Below are positions 39,523-50,168 of a stretch of 64,000 nt of DNA, one piece after another (position 1 is the stretch's first letter; every line of letters starts with the position of its first letter). The position numbers and the translations under genes were made by a program. Origin of the DNA: Felis catus (Eukaryota); the NCBI RefSeq assembly GCF_018350175.1, contig NC_058368.1, positions 187,428,001 to 187,492,000 on the forward strand, read 5' to 3'. The notes below the pieces were generated by a model that saw only the letters and a program-made list of their open reading frames with translations, did not search any database and was not told where the DNA came from.

Positions 39523-39875
39523 TGAAAGGGCGGGCCTACGCCGGCCGGCTCCATCTTGTTCTGTGTCCTTCACCTAGACCACGCCTCCTCCCTTTGAGTG
39601 ACCTCCCACTCACCCATTCAAGCTTCCTGATCAAAACACGCCCCTTCCCCAGCCAATCGGCCGAGGCCACGCCCCTTCCCCAGCCAATCGGCTGCCCCTA
39701 GACCCCTATAAAACCTTTGTGCTTTTGAAACTCTCTCTCTCTCCCCGGTATCTCACCGCTGCCTTGGTGCAGGTAGGGGCTTGAGCTCGAGCTAGCTCAA
39801 ATAAAGGCTCTTTTGCTTTTGCATCGGACTCGGCTCCCTGGTGGTCTTTGGGGATCACGAATTCTGGGCACAACA
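39523..39875 (+). repeat. 3' LTR of the provirus
   Basis: Same length as the 5' LTR, with 15 substitutions by manual alignment; preceded by the PPT and followed by TSD CTGT. Confidence 0.96.
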
Positions 39876-40211
39876 CTGTCAGAGCACACTCCGTCTGGCC
39901 CCTCCGCTTTTGCAAGCCAGACTCGGGGGCTCTGCTTGGCCAGTGGGCTCCCCCTCCACCCTGGCTCCCTCCCGCCAGTCCGTGCAGCATGCACCTCCTC
40001 TCAGCCCTTCCTACCCTCTTCCGTGGGCCTCTCGTCTGCGCTTGGCTCCAGAGACTCCGTTCTGCTAGTCTTCTGGCGGTTTTCTGGGTTATTTAGGCAG
40101 GTGTAGGTGGAATCTAAGTGATCTGCAGGACGCGGTGAGCCCAGCGTCCTCCTCCGCCGCCATCTTCCCTAGCACCTCCACCTGAGGACATTTTTAAAAA
40201 TCTCCACGCCT

Positions 40212-40428
40212 GGGGCACCTGGGTGGCTCAGTCAGTTAAGCGTCTGACTTCAGCTCAGGTCATGATTTTACAGTTCGTGAATTCGAGCCCCGCATCCAGC
40301 TCTGTGCTGACAGTTCAGAGCCTGGAGCCTGCTTCAGATTCTGTGTCTCCCTCTCTCTCTGCCCCGCCCCCCCCTCATTCTCTCTCTCTCTGTCTCTCTT
40401 TCTCAAAAATAAATATTAAAAATAAATA
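40212..40428 (+). mobile_element. Can-SINE within the MER5 remnant
   Basis: Typical head, body, CT tract and tail. Confidence 0.9.
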
Positions 40429-40963
40429 ATCCTCATGTCTGGGCAGCACTCAGACCAATAAAATCAGAACCTCTCGTAGTAGGTCCAAGCATAAGAATAG
40501 TAAAACTACAGGTGATTCTAATGTACAGTCAGAAGTGTGAACCCTTGATACAGAAGGGCGTTCACTGAAGTTTTGCTTATGGAAGGAAAACAATGCAAAC
40601 AACTTATAGTTTATTGATTGGGTATGATTAATTAAATTATGGTATATCCACACAATGAGATACTTACCAGTCTTTGAAAAAATAACGATAATAAAGCAAA
40701 TCTATAGGTATTGGGCAAAGCCATTCTATCAATGCTTTGAGCATAATAATTAAGGTCTATAAATGTTAGACACCTGAAAAAAATGTTGATTAGAAAATAT
40801 AAAAATAAAACTGCAAAGTTGCAATGAATAAATGTTGGTCTATAAAACATAATATGATATCACCTTCAGTAATTATTAGGTTTGGTATTCATAAAATTTT
40901 TTATTACATTTGAAAACAATTGGTAAGTTATATTCTCACCTTAAGAATTCCAAGTATGCATGA

Positions 40964-41152
40964 TCAGTGTTCTCAAATTGTGGCTTCCAGAACAGCGACA
41001 TCAGCCTCACCTAAGAACTGCTAGAAATGAAAACTTTTAGGCCTCACCTCAAAGCTACTAAATCAGAAACTCTGACGATGGAGCCCAATTATCTGTTTGC
41101 ACAAGCCCCTCAAGTGATTCTGATATATGTGTAAATATGAAAATGATTGTGC
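40964..41152. mobile_element. MER5A-like DNA transposon remnant (similar remnants near 19005-19130 and 49525-49715)
   Basis: CAGTGTTCTCAAA...AAATCAGAAACTCTG...ACAAGCCCTCAAGTGATTCTGAT. Confidence 0.65.
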
Positions 41153-41302
41153 TAGATGATTACCAAAATAAAAAATAGTATAATATTATGTAATTAAAAT
41201 TAAAATAACCAATCATGAATTACATAATAGCAAGTAGCCAAGTAAATTTACAAAGTGCAATTTGAAAATCCTTTCAAAATTTCTACTGAAAAAAAATATA
41301 CC

Positions 41303-42330
41303 CTCAAAAAGTTAAACATAAAATTACCATATGATCTACCAATTCTACTCCTAGAGATATGCCCAAAAGAAACGCAGGAATTCAAACAGATACTTATACA
41401 TCAATGTTTGCAACAGCATTATTCACAATAGCCAAAAGGTGGAAATAACCCAAGTGTCCATCAATAGAAGAATTAATAAACAAAATGTGATCTATATATG
41501 CAACAGATTATTTGGCCATAAGAAGGAATGAAATTCTGATACATGCTATAACATGTATGAACCTAAAAACATTATGCTAGGGGTACATGGGTGGCTCCGT
41601 CAATTAAGTGTCCAACTCTTGATTTTTGCTCAGGTCATGATCCTAGGGTTATGAGATAAAGCCCATGTCAGGCTCCATGATGAGTGTGGAGCTTGTTTGG
41701 AATTCTCTCTCTCCCTCTCTCTCTGCCCCTCCCCTGCTCATTCATTCTCTGTCTCTCTCTCTCTAAGATTTTTTTTATATTTTTTAAAAATTGGGGCGCC
41801 TGGGTGGCGCAGTCGGTTAAGCGTCCGACTTCATCCAGGTCACGATCTCGCGGTCCGTGAGTTCGAGCCCCACGTCAGGCTCTGGGCTGATGGCTCGGAG
41901 CCTGGAGCCTGTTTCCGATTCTGTGTCTCCCTCTCTCTCTGCCCCTCCCCTGTTCATGCTCTGTCTCTCTCTGTCCCAAAAATAAATAAAAACGTTAAAA
42001 AAATTTTTTTTTTAAAATAAAAAAAAACATTATGCTAACTGAAGTAAGTCAACACAAAAGGGCAAATAATGCAGGATACAACTTATTTGAGGTACCTAGA
42101 ATAGGCAAATTCATAGAAGCAGAAAGGAGAAAAAAGGCTACCAGGGACTAGGCAGGAGAGGAGATTTAATAAGTAGAGTTCCTGTGTGGGGTGATAAAAA
42201 AGTTCTGGAAATGGATAGTGGCATAGTTGCACAACAGTGTGGATGTACTTAATGTCATTGAATTGTGCACTTAAAAATGGCTAAAATGATGAAAATTAGT
42301 GTTGCATACATTTTACCACAATAAAAAAAC
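41303..42330 (+). mobile_element. Old L1 3' end interrupted by two SINEs
   Basis: CTCAAAAAGTTAAACATAAAATTACCATATGAT through CACAATAAAAAAA. Confidence 0.8.
41580..42022 (+). mobile_element. Two tandem Can-SINEs; the second (41793-42022) is a young, CpG-rich felid SINEC_Fc type
   Basis: Outer TSD AAAAACATTATGCTA; the second copy reads GGGGCGCCTGGGTGGCGCAGTCGGTTAAGCGTCCG...CTCTGGGCTGATGGCTCGGAG. Confidence 0.9.
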
Positions 42331-42332
42331 AC

Positions 42333-42739
42333 AAGCTGGGAGAACCAAGAAAGCCAGCGATGTAATTCAGCCTAAGCGGACCCAGTGGACCAATGATGTA
42401 AGTCCCAGTCCAAGTCTGAAGGCTCGAGAACCAGGAATGCTGGTGGCTGAGGGCAGGAGAAGATAGATGTCCCAGCTCCAGCAAAGAAAATAAATTGGTC
42501 CTTCCCTCCCGCCTTTTGTACTACTCAGGTCCTCAGTGGATTGGATGATGTCCACCCACATTGGTGAGGGAGGACTTCTTTACTCAGTTTACCAACTAAT
42601 GCTAATCACTAATGTGATTAGCTAAGGCTAGTCAAATGCTAATCACTGGCAGAAACATCCTTACACTCAGAAATAATGTTTTACCAGCTATCTGGGCATC
42701 CCTTAGCCCAGGCAAGTTGACATATAAAATTTACCATCC
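42333..42739 (-). mobile_element. MLT2-like (ERVL) LTR fragment
   Basis: Minus strand GATGGTAAATTTTATATGTCAACTTGCCTGGGCTAAGGGATGCCCAGATA. Confidence 0.65.
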
Positions 42740-44415
42740 TATGTCCACTCGCACCACTTTTATTCAACATAGTACTGGAGGTCCTAGACACAGCAATCAG
42801 AAAATAAAAAGACATAAAAGGCATCCAAATCAGCAAGGAAGAAATCTAACTTTCACTATTTGCAGATGACATGATACTATATATAAAAAACCTTCATGAA
42901 TGACTCCACCAAAAAAAACCTACTAGAACTGATAAATGAATTCAGTAAGTCACAGGATACAAAATCAATGTACAGAAATCTGTTGCATTTCTGTACAACA
43001 ATAATGAAGCTTCAGAAGGAAAAATTAAAGAATCTATTTCAATAACAATTGCACCAAAAACAGTAAGATACCTAGGAATAAACCTAACTAAAGAGGTGAA
43101 AGACCTGTACTCTGAAAACTATAAAACATTGATGAAAGAAAGTGAAGATGACACAAAGAAATGGAAAGACATTCCATGCTCATGGATTGGAAGAACTAAC
43201 ATTGTTAAAATGTTTAAACTACCCAAAGCAATCTACACATTTAATGCAATCCCTATAAAATACCAACAGCATTTTTCACAGAGCTAGAACAAACAATCCT
43301 AAAATTTGTATGGAACCTTAACAGACTGAAAATAGCCAAAGTAATATTAAAAAAAAAAAAAAAGCAAAACTGAAGACATCACAATTCCAGATTTATATAT
43401 TACAAAGCTGCAGTCATCAAAACAGTATGGTACTGGCACAAAAATAGACACACTGATCAATGGAACAGAATAGAAATCCCAGAACTGAACCCACAATTAT
43501 ATGGCCAGTTAATCATCAACAAAGAAGGAAAGAATGTCCAATGGGAAAAAGAGTCTCTTCAACAAATGGGTGTTGGGAAAACTGGACAGCAACATGCAAA
43601 AGAATGAAACTGGACCACTTTCTTATACCATATAAAAAAATAAAATATATTAAAGACCTAAATGTGAAACCTGAAAGCATAAAATTCCTAGAAGAGGATA
43701 TGAGTAGTAACGCCTTTGACATCTGTTGTAGCAACTTCTTTTTAGATTCCGTCTCCTCAGGCAGGGGAAACAAAAGCAAAAATAAAGTATTGGGACTACA
43801 TCAAAATAAAAAGTTTCTGCACAATGAAGGAAACAATCAACAAAACTAAAAGGCAACCTACATAATGGAAAAAGATATTTGCAAATAATACATCTAATAA
43901 AAGGTTAGTATCCAAAATATATGCAAAAGTTATAAAACTCAATGCCCAGAAAACAAATAATCCAATTTAAAAATGGGCAGAAGACATGATTAGAGATGTT
44001 CCCAAAGAAGGCATACAGATGGCCAACAGACACATGAAAAGATGCTCAATATCACTTATCATCAGGGAAATGAAAATCAAAACTAGAGTGAGATATCACC
44101 TCACACCTGTTAGAATGGCTAAAATCAACAACACAAGGCAAGGATGGGGAGAAAGGAGCACCCTCTTGCACTGTTGGTGGGAATGCAAACTGGTATAGCC
44201 ACTCAGTGTGGAGGTTCCTCAAAAAATTAAAAATAGAACTACCATATGATCCAACAATTGCACTACCAGGTATTTACCAAAAGAATACAAAAATACTAAT
44301 TCAAAGGGATACAGGCACCCCGATGTTTACAGTAACATTATCTATAATAGCCAAATTATGAAAATACCCCAAGTGTCTATCAACTGATGAATGGATAAAT
44401 AAGATGTGGTACATC

Positions 44416-44463
<48 letters not shown>

Positions 44464-44862
44464 AATATTACTCAGCCATCAAAAAGAATGAAATCTTACC
44501 AATTGCAATGACATGGATGGATCTAGAGAGTATAATGCCAAGTGAAATAGAGAAAGACAAACACCATATGATTTCACTCATATGCAGATTTTAAGAAACA
44601 AAACAAATGAGCAAAGGGAAAAAGAGAGAGAGAGAGGTAAACCAAGAAACAGACTCTTAACTATAGGGAACACACTGATGGTTACCAGAAGGGAGGTGGG
44701 GGAGGGGGGAGGCATATGTAAAATAGGTGATAGGGATAAAGGAGTGCATGTGTTGTGATGAGCACCAGGTGATGTATGAAAGTGTTGAATAACTAAATTG
44801 TATACCTGAAACTAGTATTACACTGTATGTTAACTAACTGGAATTTAAATAAAAACTTTAAA
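42740..44862 (+). mobile_element. 5'-truncated L1 (~2.1 kb) inserted at the end of an MLT2-like LTR
   Basis: ORF2 fragments ([17 protein letters not shown]) and 3'UTR; degenerate TSD around TTT(A/G)CCATC. Confidence 0.9.
44419..44460 (+). repeat. (CA)n microsatellite
   Basis: Run inside an L1. Confidence 0.95.
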
Positions 44863-47800
44863 CATTTTTGCCATCACATATGATCTATTTACCCTATATA
44901 AGCTTGGACTACAAATTCCTTGAGGGCAGGGACCATTGTTCATAAGTCTCCAATATCTAACACAGCACCTGGATCACACCAGTTAATAGTAAATGAATCA
45001 AAAAGCGAATAAGTGAAGGAGCAAGTAAGTAAATAAATGAGTAACATAAATAAACAATGATTGTCACATAAGTCTTTAGGTGGTCTAGCATCCACTGAGC
45101 TTGTGTGCAAAATGTTGTGCATCCATGAGTTTTTCAGAAAAAAGGACTGCACCTTTCATTAGATTATCAGTGGGACATAGGCTCTCTAAGTGCTTAGAAC
45201 CACTGGTATAGAGACAGGAAGAGGGTAAGGTGAACTAGATGGTTTCTCAGTGTAGCTTACTCTACCACTCACCAATCCCACTGATTCTTAAGAGGACTCA
45301 AGCATAGGGAAACCAAGACTCCTGGAAACCCCAGATGCTATCTTTTTTCCTCCTGCTACTTACAGAGAATATGTTGGAGACGTTGGCAAAACATTCTACC
45401 ACAGAGGGAAGAACATAATGCCTTTGACCTAGCTTCCACACGTAGCCCCATAATCCCCATCTCAAACCACCTAAGGAATATAATTTATCTCTGTTTCCAG
45501 AAAGGTGGGTGTTAGAGGGCAAATGTTACCTGGATACTGAAGACAGGAACCATTCAGAAACATGGCCTTTGATGCAAGAGGTATCTTGACCATTATTGTA
45601 TGAGAAAGTAGAATGAGAAACTTGGAAATAAACCTCACTAGGATGGTTCGTCTAGTCTTCTGCCTCTCTTGGGCTAAATGCTTAAAGCAGCCTCAAGAGC
45701 TCAGATCTAGGGAAATAATTTTCTATTGTTCTCCTGAGACTATTTAAAACTTTGACTCAGGAGAGCTATGAACTTTTGGATGGAGGAGACCAGAGATATA
45801 GAAGGGAAACTACAATTGTACACAAAGTTTTTAAGAGTAGAACCCAAATATGACTACTTTGTACATAATTTTAAAATATCAACATAGTTCCACTTACTAA
45901 TTATGTGCCTTATCCAAGTTGCTTAAAAACCTCAGTTTCTCTGTAAGGATTATAGCAGAACCTACTTTCATACGGCCATTGCCAATGAAATAATCATTGT
46001 GAAGCATTAAGCACATAATGGATAGCTCATTATTTACAAAACTTTTCCTTTTATTTTCTAGCCAATAAAATTTATTAAGCCCTTTTGTGTTCACTAAACT
46101 AGCCCTAGGGAATAAAAATTAAACATAGATTTCAAATTTTTTAAAGCTGAGCAATAACTTGGATAACATCCAGTCCATATTTGCTGAATCAAATCTTAGT
46201 TATAACACATAGCCAAAAAAAAAATAGTAATTAAAAAAGTAATTAAAAACAGAGCTGTTCTACTGGGAGAGGTTGGTAAATGGAGACCTGCCCTCTTGCC
46301 CTCCCCAGGGAACCACAGGGTACCAAAAAGCACAGTTTGAAACCACAATTCATCTAATCTTTTCATCTCCCAGATGAGGACTATGGGACCTAATGGTCTA
46401 ATTTCCACCCAAGGTCACACAGCTAATCAGGCACAAACTGCCTGGGCTAGAAGCTGGATCTCCAATACCAAGGAACTTATCCACTAGCTATGGAAATGAA
46501 TTTGTGCATGTTAGAATGTGGAAGAGAATTTAGGCTGTTTTTCAAGTTGCATTATCAAAGCCTGGGACTTGGCCAAGTCCCTTGCTCTTTGGGTTTCAGT
46601 TTCTTGACTGAACTTTCTGTTCTTAATAACTTACGTCTAAGTATCTATTACCACAAAAAGAGTGATCGCTTACATGTGCGGTCACACCACTTTTTCAGTG
46701 AATACACTTATGAATTCGTGGATTTGTTGTGAATTTAAATATGAATGTGAAATAAAAATGTTGACATTACAATTAAGGAAAATTGTTTCAAATAAAACAT
46801 CATTGTACAATTTGGAAAAACATAAAAAAAAACTCAGAGCAAGTATTACGTCTTATTTCTGTTATCTTCTCTGTGCTTTGAACAATGAAATTTATATCAT
46901 TTTTATGAAATGATACTCTGAAACTTAATATTTTAAAACTTACTGAGAAATATGTCAAATGTACAGAATAAATTCTACTTTCTCTGATGGCCTATTCTAA
47001 TAGTGGTAGTAAAGCTAGTTGCTTTGGTTAAATGTGATTCTTGCCTAATGGCAGGACTGAAGATAAAATGATTTTGAAGTTTGGGTATCTTCATAACTTC
47101 CTCCTAGGGCAGGAATGACCAGAGGGATAAGAGACTGCTTAGCATCCTCTGGGTCCCCCCGTAAATATCTCTCAATATTGCATTAACTTTCCTTAGAAAA
47201 CCACAGACATCCTAGTCTATGTTTTGAATCCTATTTAAGAGACTTCAAACAGAAGCAGAGAGGAGCTTCCACCAGAGCCCAGAACAAATGAAGTGGGGTT
47301 CATTTCCCTTCCATCAACATCTCCTCCTCCTCCGACCACTGGACAAATGGTTCTTGCCCAAAATACACACTTAATGACAAAGGAAGGCCAAAGATCCAGA
47401 CCTTTGGTTTATCATCTACGTTAAAAGATTTGAACACATAGACATTAAAAGGGAACAAACACTTGTGGGGAAGACATTTGATGCCAAGTGAGGTGAATGA
47501 ATTGTATGCCATGGGGCTCTAAACCACAGAGAAATCATTACTGATATTTATAGAAAAGACAGCTGAAAGAGACGGAGCAGGAGCTAGGCCTTAAATAATG
47601 GCAGGAATTGGAAGGACAGGAGTGAGGGTGTTCCTAAAGGGGGAAACAGTGAACAAGAGACCCAAAAAGGGAAAATGATGAGATGTATAAAAGTAAGTGG
47701 GATGGTTTCTCTGAACTCATATAGGCTGTTTGATTAGAGATGGAAATGGAGGCCAAACCATGAAGGGTCTTAAGGACCAGACAGAAGAGTTCATACCTGC

Positions 47801-49956
47801 CCTTGGTCCTTCCATCCACTGGTGACACTAATCCGATGAAATAACTCACAAACAGGGCTTAATGACAGATGCCTTGCATCCTCACCCTCAGAAACCCAAG
47901 AATGGAAAAGACCTTTCCCGTTCCATGCAAAATCCCATGTATTGGTTAAGGCTGTAAGAACTGTACTGAGAAAGATTCTAAGGTTACGCCTAAGCTCATC
48001 GTGAATGTTGTGATTTATAATTACCACCTGTCAGGAATTGCAGTAGAAATAACAGTGCAGATGCTTTGTATTTGCCAACTCTGCTATATCCAAAAAGGAT
48101 AACTATCATGGTGGGAAATTCAGGCATTAAGGCTGCTTAATGGGGAAAGTGTTATGGAGTAGGAAAGGTCTTACAATTTCTGTCAGTTAGGTTAACTACC
48201 AACTCTACCTATGCTTAAGACCAACCCAAAAAGACTGTTCTGCCCCAAACTATAAGTAAAAATATGTAAGCACTCGTGCTAACATCTGGCCTTGGTAGAA
48301 TACTATAACTGACTAGTGCTGTCTGCCATGGGCTCAGCAGTAAGAAGTAATGCTATGCATACACCATACTTACTATGCCTATCTTGACCAAAAGGGCCAC
48401 ATTAAAAGTATTTCATGCATCAGAACCAACTGATGCAAGAAGTTGGGTATTCTTGTTTGGTTTTGTTTCATTTTTCAAATTATATATGTTTTTCAAATTT
48501 TATAACTAAGTTGGCAGGTATGCCTTCTCTATACTTATGTAATTAATGCATAAGATCAGCCCAAAATAGATGTTATGCCCTAGAATGAATTCAAGGCAGG
48601 ACCACAGAGCTCACTCACAAGAGAGTTCAAGGAATTTAAAGGCTTTAATCATAGCAGCTGTGTTTATCTTAACCTGTTTTTTCCGTGAGACCTAGAGACC
48701 TACCCAGCACTTGAAAACCTGCAACCCCCACCTGCCCATGATTCCTGGTGCAGATCAGCCCTAATCTTTTATCTCCCTGCCTCTAATTTTCTCTCCTGTT
48801 GGAAGCCCTTCATCTCCTTCCCTACCACACTCTTGGGGACAATGGAGTTTGTCAGCAGGGAGAGCAGGTTTTTTTCTTCTTTTTATTCTTCCTGTAAATG
48901 CAAACAAGCAACCAACACTACAAGAACTTTCATATTTGCAAACACCCCAGGGTGTTTCACAAAAATCAATCTGACCAAAAACCATAAAATATAAATTCAC
49001 CTGATACAAGCACATGATGACTATGGAGATTTCTCCCCCCAACCTCTGCATTACACAGTGTCCATACAAATGACTCTGGAAACTGCACCAATTACTAGAG
49101 CCAGTGGGTAAATCTCAAGGTCAGGAGAATTTGCAGGAAAAAGAAAGCAAATGAAACGCATCTTTAAAGAGGGCCCTCTGCCCAGGAGAGGCTGCTCTGG
49201 AGCACATTCAAACAAAAGTAGATGCTTTGGGCAAGATATTTTTCACCTTCTCTTTATGATACTGGAGGTATCTGGGAATCACAGCCCCACCATCCATTCC
49301 CAGTGGCTTTTCCTAATAGGAGTCTATGCGATGTGCCTCTATGATTGTGGAAGAAATGAGCATTGCGCGGGACACAGGAAAAGGCAGACCAGAGGAGCAG
49401 GCTGCTGAATATTTTTGCATATAAAATGTTTACCTTTTTCTGATAAGAAAAATTCTTACTTCGTGTTGAAATTTTATAAAGTACAAGGACAAAAACTAAG
49501 ATCATTCCTAATCTTTCTCCAACCATTGCTTAGTGGTCTCCCAAGGCCAGAGCAGAATTTACTTGTGCACTCACAGAATGCAGATTCATGGGCCTACAGA
49601 AGCCACAGCTTCTGTGGCCACAGATTCATGGGCCACAGCTGCAGAAGCCAGATATCTGGGGGTGGATGGGTCCCCAGTACCTGCATTTTTGAAAGGCCCA
49701 CCCGGCAATTTTTATAAGATCCTAATGCAGATATCTGTTTCTTTTATTCATCACTGTATTCCAAAGGTTGAATAAGTAAACAAATTCTATCTTTTCTCCT
49801 TGCATACAGACTTTTCTTCCCTTTTTTCTGAAACATGCCCTCACAGCTTTCACTCAATGGTAGGTAAGGCACTTGTCATATACTTATCATTGTCCTATGA
49901 GTTTGGGGAGCACTTACAACAAACCCATAAAGCAATTATTATTTATGCCCCCTATT

Positions 49957-50168
49957 TCTTTTTTTTTTAAGTTTATTTATTTTTATTTTGAAAAAGAGAG
50001 AGAGCACTAGCAGGGGAGGGGCAGAGGGAAGGAGAGACAGAATCCCAAGCAGGCTCCACACTGTCAATGCAGAGTCCAATGTGGGGCTCAGACTCACAAA
50101 CCATGAGATCATGACCTGAGCCAAGATCAAGAGTCAGATGCTTAACTGACTGAGCTACCCAGGCACCC
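49957..50168 (-). mobile_element. Can-SINE
   Basis: Reverse-complement body; TSD core CCCTATTTCT. Confidence 0.9.

Larger units (their letters stand above)
33246..39875 (+). mobile_element. Endogenous gammaretrovirus (class I ERV) provirus, env-deleted and replication-defective
   Basis: Two 353-bp TG...CA LTRs; 4-bp TSD CTGT at 33242-33245 and 39876-39879; PBS-Pro; gag/pro/pol motifs; polypurine tract before the 3' LTR. Confidence 0.97.
27621..40178 (-). mobile_element. Full-length carnivore LINE-1 (~5.9 kb excluding the inserted ERV)
   Basis: Poly(A) at ~27622-27637; ORF2, ORF1 and GC-rich 5'UTR; YY1 motif AAGATGGCGG near 40157-40166; TSD CACCTGAGGACA(C/T)TTT at 27605-27620 and 40179-40194, followed by TTTT/AAAA. 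Confidence 0.94.
27570..40548. mobile_element. MER5-like hAT DNA transposon remnant split by the L1/ERV and a SINE (pieces 27570-27620, 40179-40211, 40430-40548)
   Basis: TTTCTCAATCCTGGCTGCACATTGGAATCACCTG on the left; AAATCAGAA...AGGTGATTCTAATGTACAG on the right. Recognised from memory of the MER5 consensus. Confidence 0.7.

Noticed and set aside
46620..47000. AT-rich stretch resembling a 3'UTR or small RNA
   Set aside because: No convincing box motifs, stem or linked exon; could be an old repeat remnant.
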